64,000 bases of DNA from an uncultured Planctomycetaceae bacterium (GTDB taxonomy: Bacteria; Planctomycetota; Planctomycetia; Planctomycetales; Planctomycetaceae): positions 800,001 to 864,000 of the forward strand of contig CAWFGE010000013.1 in the NCBI GenBank assembly GCA_963815195.1, given 5' to 3'. Every line of letters begins with the position of its first letter. Position 1 is the first letter of the stretch. Under the pieces are notes generated by a model. The model had not been told where the DNA came from. It did no database searches and was given only the letters and a program-made list of their open reading frames with translations. This document shows positions 9,501 through 19,543 of this stretch, in pieces. The position numbers and the translations under genes were made by a program.

Positions 9501-11398
9501 TCTTAGGATTGCCGGACCAGTAGACCTTCGACTTATACCGCTGCGTCCCGCCGAACACGCAAAGCTGCCCGTCGTAAAACAGCAAGTCTTCGAGCTTCGA
9601 CTTCTTGGGAAGCTGCAGTTCGTGCTCCAGCACGATTTTTTCATGATCGACAACGACGACTTTGAGGCCGTCGGTGAGCATCACATAGGGGAACCGGCCG
9701 TAGATCGTCACCTCCTGCTTGCCGTTGTTGCCCAGACGGTCGGCGATGTCTTCGACGAGCGGCCAACCGTATTCATCGATCACGCCGCCGGCCAAGGTCC
9801 GCCCCAACACGGGGGCCAGGTCGATCGTTTTCAGCTTCGCGTACGCTTCGGGAAACTCGCGGTAGGTTTCCCGGCTGGTTTCGCTGTGGAGATGGTTAAG
9901 GGCCGTCTCGTGCTCGGCAAACCGCCTTCCGCGAGTTGGTTGATCAGCCCCATCAGCCAGTTCTTCCGCGCGGCCGCGAGAGCCGTTTTGCCTTTGGCCG
10001 CCGCTTCGAAGTCCGCCTTGCCCGCGGCCGAGGGCACCGCCTCTTCCAGCATCTTGCCGAAGCGATCGTGCTTCTGCACAAACACCGGATCGCGGGGGCG
10101 ATCCTTGGCATCGCCTGCCGGATCGGCCCAATCGGTGAGACTCATCTCCGTGTCTTCGGGCAACTCGGCAATCGGCAATTTGAGTTCGAGCGCCAGGTCC
10201 AACAAGTCCACGTTGACGGCATGGTTCCCCCAATTCTTCACCGCGAGATCGACCGGCTTCTTCTCTTTTTTGATCCGCGGGGCGATCTCGGCCAGCACAT
10301 CGAACAGACGTTGCGGCGGTTTGTCCGACAGCCCGGCCCACCGCGAAAACCACGCCGCGGCTCCGCCCTGGGGACCGGCTTCCTCCGACACGCCCTCCTT
10401 CCACGCATTGGGGAGGATGCCGGTCTGTTCCAAAAACTCCAGCCAGCCCCAGGCACTCTCCCGGTTCCATTGATTGGTTTCGGGCATGAGATTCAAGAGC
10501 TGCCCGGCCGCGCGGCCGTTCTCGCGGGCCAGTTCTTCGGCGTATTTGGAACTGGCTTTCCAGAAGCCCATCCCGGCCCGGCTCATCGCGGGGGATTCCA
10601 AAATCTCCGCGAGGACCGACTTCATCTCTTGATCGACATCCCGCTTCGCCCCGGCGATCAACGGCTTGAGGTCGCTCACCAGCGAGGTCCAAGGCGGCAT
10701 CCCGCCCAAGGTCCGCCGAACGCACAATTCGCGAAAGGCTTTCCAGGCCTCGTCGCCGGACAGTGACGCTTGCAGCTCTTTTCCGTATTCCGTGAGGGCT
10801 TTGTTCGACAAGCACCCCGCGAGCGCAAATTCCAGGAACGCATCCTGGCGGAGTTTTTCATCGACTTTGAGGGCGTGGACTTTCTCGGCTTCGCGGGCTT
10901 TGCCGAACTGCGCGGGACGCGTAGGTGCTGTTGCCAACCTGGATAAACTCGCGGCCGACCTGCTCCCAGAACGAAGGCAGGAAATGGGCGACGCTTTTGC
11001 CGAGCCGCTTGGCGATCTCCACGAAGGCGTCGTATCCGTGGCCGGGTTTCGATTTGGCTTTGCGGGCGGCTTTCTTGAATTCCTTGACCAGTTCCAGCGC
11101 ATAGCGGGCATGGTCGGGGTCGTGGATCAAAGCCCAGCCGGGAAAGCCCAGCGCCTGCCGCCGGCGGTAAGCCAACGGGCCGTTGACTTCGGGAGCCTCG
11201 AAGCCGAGGAACTCCATTTCCAGGTCGTCGCCTTGGGCGAGGTTATCCGCCGAGAGCCGCACTACCGGGCGGTCTCCGAGTGCCGGGTGATGATACGCGC
11301 GGTGCGCTGATCTCATCCACGTGCTGGGGATCTTTGATCTTCGCTTTGACCGGAACCAGAGCCCCCGCGTCCAACAGCGTATTCGTCGCAACCGCCAT
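6542..11398 (-). CDS. very large (~1600 aa) conserved hypothetical protein, interrupted by about 4 frameshifts
   Basis: ATG 11398 follows AAGGAG (MAVATNTLLDAGALVP). It stitches through ORFs 10858-11478, 9831-11111, 7813-10815 and 6542-7927, with shifts near 11305, 10915, 9915 and 8015. Motifs AYHHPALGDRPVVRL, LGFPGWALIHDP, FLPSFWEQVGR and RARAGRNYFLPGGW recall an actinobacterial family often labelled DNA-binding protein. Confidence 0.75.
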
Positions 11399-11534
11399 CC
11401 GCCCGGCTCCTTACACACGTAGGGGAATTCTACGGACGCTTTTTGTTCCAAGTCTGAAGTCTGTCGTCGAAAACTCACTTGAGCGTTCGTGAGTGATCAG
11501 CCAGCGTGCGCTGGCCGATCACCTTGGGTTTTAA

Positions 11535-12868
11535 TCAAACCTTCGGTTGCCATTTGGGATCGTATTCCCGGGCCCAAAGCTGCATGGCGTCTTTGTCGTT
11601 TTGGATGCGGCCGGTTTCGGGGTCGCAGGTCAAGGTCCGGCCGGTGCGGTGGGCGATGTTGCCCAGGTGGCAAAGCAGCGTGCTCTTGTGGCCGGTTTCG
11701 ATCTCGGCGTTTAACGAGAGCGGTTTTTCGGTGCGGATCGCCTGGAGGAAATTCGCGATGTGCTCGACGTCGCCGCGGTTCTTGTTGTCCTTTTTGACCT
11801 CTTTGTTGCGGTTGTCGTAGAGGACATAGCCGCCGTCGGAGATTTCCATGCTGCCGGTCTCGCCGTGGAAGGTCACGCCGAAGCCGGATTGGTTGATGCC
11901 GTTGCGGTTGCAGCTCAGGCCTTCCCACATGATCTGTTTTTTGCCGGGGAACTCGAAGCTGACGACGTGGGTGTCGGCGGTTTCCTGGTCGTCATCGAAC
12001 GCATACCGCCCGCCCGAGGACACGACGCGGATGGGATAATCGACGCCCAGACCCCAGCGGCAGAGATCGAGGGCGTGGATGCCGTTGTTCCCCAGTTCAC
12101 CGTTGCCCCAATGCCAGCGCCAATGCCAGTTGTAATGCACGAGGTTATCGACATAAGGCCGGCGGGCGCGGGGCCTTGCCAGAGATCGTAATCGAGATTG
12201 GAAGGCACCGGAGTGGCCTTGCCGTGCCCGATGGACCCCCGCGAGTTCGCATACCATCCGCGGGAGTAATACACCCGGCCGATCGCGCCTTCTTTCAAGA
12301 GGTTCATACCTTCGATGATCTTCTCGGCACTGCGGCGCTGGCTGCCCATTTGCACGGCCCGGTTGTGCTTGCGGGCGGCGGCGACCATCATCTCGCCTTC
12401 GTGCGGATTATGGCAGCAGGGCTTTTCGACATAGACGTGCTTGTTGTGGGTGCAGCCCAAAATCGTCGCCGGGGCGTGCCAATGGTTCGGGGCGGCACAC
12501 ACCAGCACATCGACTTCCTCATCGTCAAGAATTTTCCGGAAGTCCTGGATCGGCTTGGGCGATTGGCCTTCGATCTTGGAAATGTCCGCCACGCAGGCGT
12601 CGGCGCGGTTGGTATCGACATCGCAAAGATACTTGATCGAGACGTTCGCCAACTTGCCGAAGGTGTTCGCCAAAGATCGGCCGCGGCTGAGGCCCATCAC
12701 GCCCACCACGATTCGGCGGTCTTCGCTGGAGTCTTGTTTTGTTTCCGCGGCGCGGATCAAACCGCCCTCTAGCGCCAAGCCCGCCGCCGCGCTGCCCGCG
12801 GCGACCTGGCCGAGGAAGGTTCTGCGGGAGGAGGCATCCGTTTGGGGATGATGTTCTGAAGCGGTCAT
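11535..12868 (-). CDS. Gfo/Idh/MocA family oxidoreductase with Tat signal (frameshift near 12160)
   Basis: SRRTFLG twin-arginine motif; APNHWH; HVYVEKP; VQMGSQRRS; DYDLWQGPAP. It continues in another frame with HYNWHWRWHWGNGELGNNGIHALD. Confidence 0.9.
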
Positions 12869-13185
12869 GGCAGGGTCCTCAGGGGCGGGGTCGAGCATTT
12901 GAAAGAATCACGTCCACTCGTGTTACATGGTACGCAATTCCGCCCCCGCCGCAAACGGTTTCGGGAATTCTGGGTTGCCCCGCGCATGGCTCAATCGGCG
13001 ATGCGGCATTCGAGCATTGACCTGACCAGGAACGTTGACACGGATCCGCGGCGGCTGGACGTGGCGACCGCCCTGGATGCTCGGCCCCTGGATTCCGTCC
13101 CGCCCTCGGGAAATCAGCCAGCGAAGCACAGCGGAGCGGAACGGGGGCTTTCGGTCGGCAATCGCCGTAAGTTCTGATTCTACAA

Positions 13186-13224
13186 AATAAAAAAGAACCG
13201 CTGACATCTCTTGTCAGCGGTTCT
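13186..13224 (-). terminator. rho-independent terminator after tRNA-Ala
   Basis: 13-bp stem AGAACCGCTGACA/TGTCAGCGGTTCT followed by a T-rich run on the minus strand. Confidence 0.85.
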
Positions 13225-13230
13225 CACGAG

Positions 13231-13303
13231 TGGAGCCGAAGGGATTCGAACCCTCGACCTCAGCATTGCGAACGCTGCGCTCTCCCAACTGAGCTACGGC
13301 CCC
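13231..13303 (-). tRNA. tRNA-Ala(CGC)
   Basis: GGGGCCGTAGCTCAGTTGGGAGAGCGCAGCGTTCGCAATGCTGAGGTCGAGGGTTCGAATCCCTTCGGCTCCA folds as a cloverleaf with G3:U70 and anticodon CGC. The CCA end is not encoded. Confidence 0.97.
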
Positions 13304-13313
13304 GGGGGTTGTG

Positions 13314-13341
13314 ATTGTACGGCAAACGATTCCCGTTGCAA
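13314..13341 (-). promoter_or_regulatory. sigma70-like promoter of the tRNA
   Basis: TTGCAA-N16-TACAAT, 10 nt upstream of the tRNA 5-prime end. Confidence 0.6.
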
Positions 13342-13453
13342 AGTCCAGCCCACGCATCTTTTTTGCGCAAAACCCCGGCTCGGCGGCATCATAAATGGGA
13401 AGGGCAACTCCGCTGCGGAAACGGGGAAAGCGGCCCGGCTTCTAATTTCCTCC

Positions 13454-13481
13454 TTGACACCCCTTGTTCGCTCTTTACACT
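13454..13481 (+). promoter_or_regulatory. sigma70-like promoter
   Basis: TTGACA-N16-TACACT upstream of the 13650 gene. Confidence 0.55.
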
Positions 13482-13649
13482 TGATGGATAAGAGTTTGTA
13501 ATCAATTCGGCGGGGATTTTCTCGATTCTCGAACCTCATCCTCCGCCCGATTGACATCTCGGCCCATTCCCCACAACCACAACTCGAACCCACTCGCGGG
13601 CGGATTCTCGGATTGAACTCTTCGGAAAGCGAAAGCTTGGAGCAGAAAC

Positions 13650-15194
13650 ATGGCGGCGAACAAACCCACTGCGGTGCACTTCTCGTTGATCTTTTTCGTG
13701 ATGGCCACCATCGTCGCAGGGGTCATGGCTTACATGTTTTACAACGACGGCCGCGAATTGCGGTCGAAGGTCGCCGCGGCGGAAGACCTGGCCAATAAAC
13801 AGAAAGACGATGCCCGCCGCTACTCGGCCCAGGTCAACGCCCTCAAGGCGAAGATCGGGCACCAGTTCGAGAAAATCGGCGAAGATGCGCCGGAGCCGAA
13901 CACCGTGATCTACGCCATGAACCAGGACCTCGTCAAATTCGGCGGAAAGCTGCTCCCGCCCGACCAGTCCAGCTACACGGCGGCTCTGGCGCGGTTGCGG
14001 CAGGAACTCGACAGCGTGGAGGCTAAGCTCAGTACCGCCCAGCAGGAAGTCACCGACCGCGACGGCCAGATTCAAACGCTGAAAACAAGCTACGACTCTC
14101 AGGTCGTGCAGCACCGCGACGAACGCACCAAAGTGGAAAACGCCCGCCAGGCCGAAGAGCAGGAACATCAGAAAGCGTTGCAGTCGATCAATCAACAGTT
14201 GCAGCAAAAGATCAACGAATACAACCAGTTGCAACTCGTCAAGAACCAGGCGGATCAGGCTCACCAGCAACAACTGGCCGATAAGCAGGACGAGATCGAC
14301 CGGCTCGTCAAAATCAACAACCGCCTGCGGGAAGACATCGACGCCGCCAATCGCACCAGTTTCGAGCGGGCCGACGGCCTCGTGCGCTGGGTGGACAACT
14401 CCAGCCACCTTGTGTGGATCAACCTGGGGTCGGCCGACAACCTCACCGTGCGGACGAACTTCAGCGTGTATCAAAAGAACAACCGGGGCGTGGGCCGCGA
14501 CAGCGACCCCAAAACCCTCAAGGGCCCCGAAGACATGAAGGGGGCGATCGAAGTCACCCGGATTTTGGAACCGCACCTCGCGGAAGCCCGGATTCTCGAT
14601 GAAAACTACTACAACCCCATCGGCGTGGGCGACCCCATTTACACCCCGATCTGGAGCCCCAATCAAAAGGAATGGTTCGCATTCGTGGGCCGGATCGATC
14701 TCGACGACGATGGCCGCTCCGACCGGGAGCTTTTGCACGATGTGCTGGCCGCAGCCGGGGCCAAGGTTCAGGTCGAAGTCGATGACAAAGGCACCCGCAA
14801 CGGCGGCGCGATCGACGAGCGGACCAAGTTCCTCGTCATCGGCGAAATCCCGAGTCTGGACGATTTGACCGACAAAGAGGAAAAAGACGCCGCTGTGGAG
14901 ATCGGCAAACGGCATCAAGAATTGAAGAAAGAAGCCCGCGACCAGGGCGTGCGGGTCGTGACCTTGAACGATTTTCTGGCCTTCATCGGCTACACGCCCC
15001 GCCAGCGGGTGTTCCGTCCCGGCGACCTCCGCCCCTATACCTTGCGAAACGGTTCCCGCAGCGCGGCGACCAGCGAAACCGTCGGCAAACGCGAATCCGC
15101 GGGACAGACCTCCGGGGTTTACACTCGCAGCAAACGCCTCGGCCAACCGGTCGGGACCGGTCAAACATCGGGCGGTTACCGCTCCGGCCGCTGA
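13650..15194 (+). CDS. membrane-anchored coiled-coil hypothetical protein
   Basis: GGAG RBS; N-terminal TM; long Q/E/K-rich coiled coil; then DGLVRWVD...VWINLGSADNL and a C-terminal alpha/beta domain. Codon usage is native. Confidence 0.85.
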   Translation: MAANKPTAVHFSLIFFVMATIVAGVMAYMFYNDGRELRSKVAAAEDLANKQKDDARRYSAQVNALKAKIGHQFEKIGEDAPEPNTVIYAMNQDLVKFGGKLLPPDQSSYTAALARLRQELDSVEAKLSTAQQEVTDRDGQIQTLKTSYDSQVVQHRDERTKVENARQAEEQEHQKALQSINQQLQQKINEYNQLQLVKNQADQAHQQQLADKQDEIDRLVKINNRLREDIDAANRTSFERADGLVRWVDNSSHLVWINLGSADNLTVRTNFSVYQKNNRGVGRDSDPKTLKGPEDMKGAIEVTRILEPHLAEARILDENYYNPIGVGDPIYTPIWSPNQKEWFAFVGRIDLDDDGRSDRELLHDVLAAAGAKVQVEVDDKGTRNGGAIDERTKFLVIGEIPSLDDLTDKEEKDAAVEIGKRHQELKKEARDQGVRVVTLNDFLAFIGYTPRQRVFRPGDLRPYTLRNGSRSAATSETVGKRESAGQTSGVYTRSKRLGQPVGTGQTSGGYRSGR

Positions 15195-15207
15195 TTTCCG
15201 ACCGCCT

Positions 15208-15329
15208 CAACAAAAGTCGAGAGCCGCAACAAAAGTCGAGAGCCGCGCACGCAGTAAGCGGATTTGAAGGACCAACTCAATGAGCCGCGCACGCAGTAAG
15301 CGGAGGACCGCTTACTGCGTGCGCGGCTC
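15208..15329. repeat. REPIN-like unit, family D (GAGCCGCGCACGCAGTAAGCGG)
   Basis: Direct copies at 15240-15261 and 15282-15303, perfect inverted copy at 15308-15329, plus a tandem duplication of CAACAAAAGTCGAGAGCCG. It sits between convergent genes. Confidence 0.9.
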
Positions 15330-15347
15330 TGTTTCACGAGTTCCCTC

Positions 15348-16916
15348 TTACCGCCGCGGGGCGGCGCTGCCGTCGATGGATTCCACGTCGACAATCTGAG
15401 CCGAGGGTTTGGAAAGATCCACAATCACCGGCTCGGTGGTCTGGGAGTAATCCAAGTTCCCCGCCGCATCGCGGGCCGTCACCCGGAAAAACAGCCGGCT
15501 GGGGGTTTTGGGGCCGGCGTTCCACACAAATTCCCCCGCGTCGGAAATCCAACCCGTGATCGCTTCCCATTTCCCGTTGGGATCGTCGGTGTAAGCCAGC
15601 GACACGGGCTGTTCCGCGGGATGATCCTCCGCGATCGACCAGCGGAGCACCACCTGGTTCAGATTTTTGCCCCGGCCTTGATCGGCGGAGAGCAACTTCA
15701 CGCTGGGCGGGGTGTTATCGACCACGACGACAATCTGAGGCTTCTCGCCCGGCCGAGGCGGATCGGCCGCCAGCCCCGCCCCGCTATGAACCCGCAGCGC
15801 GAACCCGTAAATCCCGTCATGCGGCGTTTTGACCTGGAACGGGCTCTTGCGGTCGGGATCGCTGCCGTATCGAAACCACTTAGCCCCGTCGTCTTCGGTG
15901 ATGTAAAGCTCGACATCCCCCACGCCCGAAGGCCCGACATCGTCCACTTTGTACCCGATGTGAAACATCTTCGAGTTCACCACCCGCGTGTCCTTCGAGG
16001 TTTTGGGCGGAAGACCGGTCGCCTGGGTTGGGGAGACGGATTTGTTCAAAACGTTGGGCGTCGTGCCCGCCGAGTTCGAGATCAGGTTGTCCTCGGGCGG
16101 ATTGAAGCCCGGGTTCGCGGGCGGCGTTTGGGGTCCCGGCAAACCGGCGTCGAACGGATTGGGCATCTCCGGCGGCATGGCGGGACCGGGCGACTCCGCG
16201 AGGGAGTTGTTGGGGCCCGGCGTGGCGATCGGATCGTTCAAATTGGGAACCGCGGCCGCCGGCTCAATGCGAACCTGCGACTGCGCCTGCTGAACGTTCC
16301 CGGCCAGGTCGAGAATCTGCCCGCGGACGGCCACGAACCCGCCTTGGGGCACGCTCCACGCGGTTTGCCCGTTGGCTTGCGGAATCACGCTGACCATCTC
16401 CCAACGCTCCGCGCCGCCTTGAATGTATTCCAGGCGAAGCGTGGATACGTCCAGGTTCGGATCGTTCGCTTGCCACGACATTTTCACCTTGCCCGCCTGG
16501 GCTTGACCCAACTGGATTGCCAGAGTGGGTGCCGTGGTGTCCACAACGACTTTCAGCCCCGGCGACATGGCCTGGCCCGGCGGATAAAGTTGATTTCTCC
16601 CGTCGAGCGTGCGGACCGCGAACCAGTATTCTCCCGGAGCGGGCGCCTCAAAATCAAACTTCCCCGCCTGCGGATTGGCCTGCCGCGACAGCTTCCAGGT
16701 TCGCCCCTGATCCATCGACTGATACATGCGGATTTCCTTGGCCCCGATCCGCTGCATCTCGGCCGCATCATAGCGGAACGGGATGCGAAACCGCGTCTTG
16801 TTAGTGAAGACGGGCTTCACGGCGTCCGGCGTCTGCCCCAGCGCGGGAAACGCCAGGCCGAGCGCCAAAGCCAGAGGCGACAAGGCCCATGCCAAAACGG
16901 GGAAAAAACCTTTCAT
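15348..16916 (-). CDS. exported protein with repeated beta-sandwich (Ig/FnIII-like) domains and a Pro-rich linker
   Basis: Signal peptide MKGFFPVLAWALSPLALALGLAFPALG; duplicated module ending VVVDTTAP/VVVDNTPP and DLAGN/DAAGN. Confidence 0.8.
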   Translation of the reverse strand: MKGFFPVLAWALSPLALALGLAFPALGQTPDAVKPVFTNKTRFRIPFRYDAAEMQRIGAKEIRMYQSMDQGRTWKLSRQANPQAGKFDFEAPAPGEYWFAVRTLDGRNQLYPPGQAMSPGLKVVVDTTAPTLAIQLGQAQAGKVKMSWQANDPNLDVSTLRLEYIQGGAERWEMVSVIPQANGQTAWSVPQGGFVAVRGQILDLAGNVQQAQSQVRIEPAAAVPNLNDPIATPGPNNSLAESPGPAMPPEMPNPFDAGLPGPQTPPANPGFNPPEDNLISNSAGTTPNVLNKSVSPTQATGLPPKTSKDTRVVNSKMFHIGYKVDDVGPSGVGDVELYITEDDGAKWFRYGSDPDRKSPFQVKTPHDGIYGFALRVHSGAGLAADPPRPGEKPQIVVVVDNTPPSVKLLSADQGRGKNLNQVVLRWSIAEDHPAEQPVSLAYTDDPNGKWEAITGWISDAGEFVWNAGPKTPSRLFFRVTARDAAGNLDYSQTTEPVIVDLSKPSAQIVDVESIDGSAAPRR

Positions 16917-17314
16917 CTCGGTCCCTCTCGACGAATAGGCCGAATCGATCGTGCCGATGCCATCGCCCCCGCGCGGGGAAGCGGATTCTGAAGCCAAATA
17001 CGCTTCGCGCAGGACGAATTGCGAATCTTCTCCTCGGCAGTATCGGCTGAAGCAAACGCCGGGCTTGAGGCCGATTATTCCGGCAACACCGGTCGTACGG
17101 CCTTTAGCGGCGGCTCAAATGGGCTGTCACCGGGGCGCGCAACTTTTGAGGTTGATTTAACCCCAATTGCCATAAGGATTTGCCCCTTGGGGGAGGGTTA
17201 GGCTGAGGGAGCCGACTGCGGGCCGCCTTGATCGCCGCCGCACCGGTTCGCGAATGTGATACACCCAGCGGCGTGGTTCATGACCAATGTCTAACCGGCC
17301 TGGGTCCGAAACGC

Positions 17315-17851
17315 TCACCGTTCCGGCGGGATCTCCACGGGGGCGGGGTGGACGCAGTTGCAGGACGATTCGAGCACCTCGGTTTTTTCCGCGTCGGCGG
17401 GCGGAACGTCGAGCGGCGAATTCCATCCGTTCCCAAAACTCGGATCGATCTCGCTGGGCGGAGCCAAAGGCGGCGGCGTTTCGGGGTACGCTTCGCTTGG
17501 GACGCTGAGATATTCCTCGCCGCCGGGTGCGGGAACGTGCGTTCCGACAGGCGCAGATTCCTCTTGGTAAACGACAGGGCCTTCGGCGAACTCGATTTCC
17601 CTCGGCTTCTCCACGCTCCCGCCGTAGCCCCAGCGGAACAGCTTCACGCGGGCGGACGACGGGGGCAGATGGTCGTAACTGAGCAGCGTGAAACTCGGCC
17701 GGCGGAGGTAATTGCAGTCATACCAGCCCCGGCAGACGCGGTGCCGATGCTCGAAGACAAAGCCCGGCGGCGCGAGTGTGAACCCGCATCCCGCGAGATT
17801 CAGCATCAAAAGAACGAGGCTCAGAGGAGCCCACGGGCGAAACCTACGCAT
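17315..17851 (-). CDS. putative lipoprotein, hypothetical
   Basis: Signal peptide with LAGC lipobox; Pro/Glu-rich C-terminus. Confidence 0.55.
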   Translation of the reverse strand: MRRFRPWAPLSLVLLMLNLAGCGFTLAPPGFVFEHRHRVCRGWYDCNYLRRPSFTLLSYDHLPPSSARVKLFRWGYGGSVEKPREIEFAEGPVVYQEESAPVGTHVPAPGGEEYLSVPSEAYPETPPPLAPPSEIDPSFGNGWNSPLDVPPADAEKTEVLESSCNCVHPAPVEIPPER

Positions 17852-18032
17852 CCTGCACGCCCCCCATCATCCCACGCGCAAACAAAAAACAACGCGGTGT
17901 GTGTTGAGCATCGTCGCGCCATTGTCCCGCGCTTGATGCTTTCTGGTTTTCCGCGAAGAAAACCGGCTCCTGCTTCGGTTCCCAAGTCTCCGCGCGCGAA
18001 CAGTCTCCGCGTGCGAACCCGCAACTTTCGGG

Positions 18033-18230
18033 CTACGAGCCGTCGGGCAGATACCAGATGCAGACGGTGACGTGGGCCACGGCTTGGCGTTCGCTTTCGG
18101 ATTGCGTGGCCCTGACAAACGTCCCGCCGGTCTTGGCGAGGAATTCGTTGATCTGATCCTCCAACTTGGATTCGATCACAGTGGCTCCGGTGCCGCTGGA
18201 ATAAGTGAAAACTTTCACGCGCTCTTTCAT
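18033..18230 (-). CDS. small hypothetical protein (possibly Cse60-like)
   Basis: GAAGGAG RBS; RVKVF...LEDQINEFL...VTVCIWY pattern. Confidence 0.7.
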   Translation of the reverse strand: MKERVKVFTYSSGTGATVIESKLEDQINEFLAKTGGTFVRATQSESERQAVAHVTVCIWYLPDGS

Positions 18231-18287
18231 CAGTTCGCTCCTTCAACATCGCGGTGATTCTGGTGGTGATTTTCCGCCGCGCAAACA

Positions 18288-18317
18288 GACAACGGCGGCC
18301 AATCAGCCGCCGTTGTC
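18288..18317 (-). terminator. hairpin / probable terminator
   Basis: 12-bp stem GACAACGGCGGC/GCCGCCGTTGTC downstream of the ThuA gene; weak T-tract. Confidence 0.5.
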
Positions 18318-18347
18318 ATTGTACCACAAACTCGAAATGCGATGACG

Positions 18348-19250
18348 CTATTTTTCCTTGGGGAACGGGCGGCTCTGGACTTCGTCGGCGGTGGGAAAAT
18401 CCTCGGGCAGTTTCTGGGTGACTTTGCCGGTGGCGGCCCATTCGGCGCCGCGCTTTAGCGTGGCGATAAAGCCCACGCATTCCTGCGAATAATCGCCGTG
18501 GCCCATCGGCGTGTGGAACACCCGGCCTTTGCCGTAGGTTACGGTGAAGATCATCGGCTCGTTCCGGCCGGTGCCGCCTTTTTGGGGGTCGGCATAGGCG
18601 GTGGCGAGGATGTTGATGTTCGACGCCGGCCCGCGGAGCTTGTCGTACAGCTCGTCCTTGGCGTGCATCCATTCGCGGGGCATGCCTTTGGTGACGGGAT
18701 GATCGCCGTTCCGCACGACGACCGAAAACGGATGCTGCGCCCCGTGATGCCCGCCGCCGCCTTGGCTCGCGTCGCGGACGAGTTTGCCGTCTTCGTTGTA
18801 ATACACATAGGGGCCGCTTTTCTCATTGCGTCCGCCCCAACCGCCTAAGCCGATGATCTCGTTGTACTCGGGCCATTGGCCGAAGGCGTTGTTCGCGGCG
18901 TGGACGATCACGAGCCCGCCGCCGTTTTTGATGTAATCCACGAAGGCTTCCTGCGTTTCCTTGGGCCAGGGCGCGCCGTTGTAGTTGGAGACGACGACAT
19001 CATACTTGGAGAACTCGGGGCGGAAGTCGGCATCGGTCCCCTTGGGCGCGGTGGTCGCGACATCGACGCTGAAGAGCCCGGTCTCTTCGAGGTACTTCTT
19101 CATCATCTTGGTCGTCTTCGGCCACACGCCGTGATTGTTCTGCCCATCGACAATCAACGCCTTGAGCTTCTCCGCCGCGAACGCGTTCGCGGAGAGCAGA
19201 GTGCAAAGCACGAACGCCAACACCATCCGGCGCAAAGTTGAACAAGTCAT
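18348..19250 (-). CDS. exported ThuA-domain (trehalose utilization-like) protein
   Basis: Signal peptide ending AFA; ALIVDGQNNH; GGGLVIVHAANNAF; DELY; GKGRVFHTPMGH. Confidence 0.88.
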   Translation of the reverse strand: MTCSTLRRMVLAFVLCTLLSANAFAAEKLKALIVDGQNNHGVWPKTTKMMKKYLEETGLFSVDVATTAPKGTDADFRPEFSKYDVVVSNYNGAPWPKETQEAFVDYIKNGGGLVIVHAANNAFGQWPEYNEIIGLGGWGGRNEKSGPYVYYNEDGKLVRDASQGGGGHHGAQHPFSVVVRNGDHPVTKGMPREWMHAKDELYDKLRGPASNINILATAYADPQKGGTGRNEPMIFTVTYGKGRVFHTPMGHGDYSQECVGFIATLKRGAEWAATGKVTQKLPEDFPTADEVQSRPFPKEK

Positions 19251-19293
19251 TTGTTGCAGGTCCTGTTATGAGAAGGCTGGACGAAAAGGAATT

Positions 19294-19483
19294 AGGGCCG
19301 AAGGCCCGGCTCTATGTCAGCCCAGGCCAAGCGCAGCGCCGGCCTGGGTTATGCATGATGATTGAAACGCAAGCCCCAACGGGGCGGCCCTACGTGGCAC
19401 ACATGCGTCTCCGGCTTAGGATCGCCCCGTTGGGGCTTTTGCGTTTTGTCGTTCCCGTTTCCCAGGGCCGGGCCTTCGGCCCT
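19294..19483. repeat. nested REPIN-like unit, family E
   Basis: Outer perfect 17-bp IR AGGGCCGAAGGCCCGGC (19294-19310/19467-19483); inner 16-bp IR AAGCCCCAACGGGGCG (19371-19386/19423-19438). Confidence 0.85.
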
Positions 19484-19543
19484 TTTGCCGTAATTTGCAA
19501 CACTGGAATTGGATTTTGGAAGGCCCAAAAAGTCGCTTCAACG

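Noticed and set aside
12899..13207. Small ORFs between the oxidoreductase and the tRNA
   Set aside because: No RBS or motif support on either strand.
6542..13303. Genomic island integrated at tRNA-Ala
   Set aside because: No integrase, native codon usage, and an intact terminator directly after the tRNA. The only match I noticed to the tRNA 3-prime end is 12 bp inside a CDS near 63450, which is compatible with chance.
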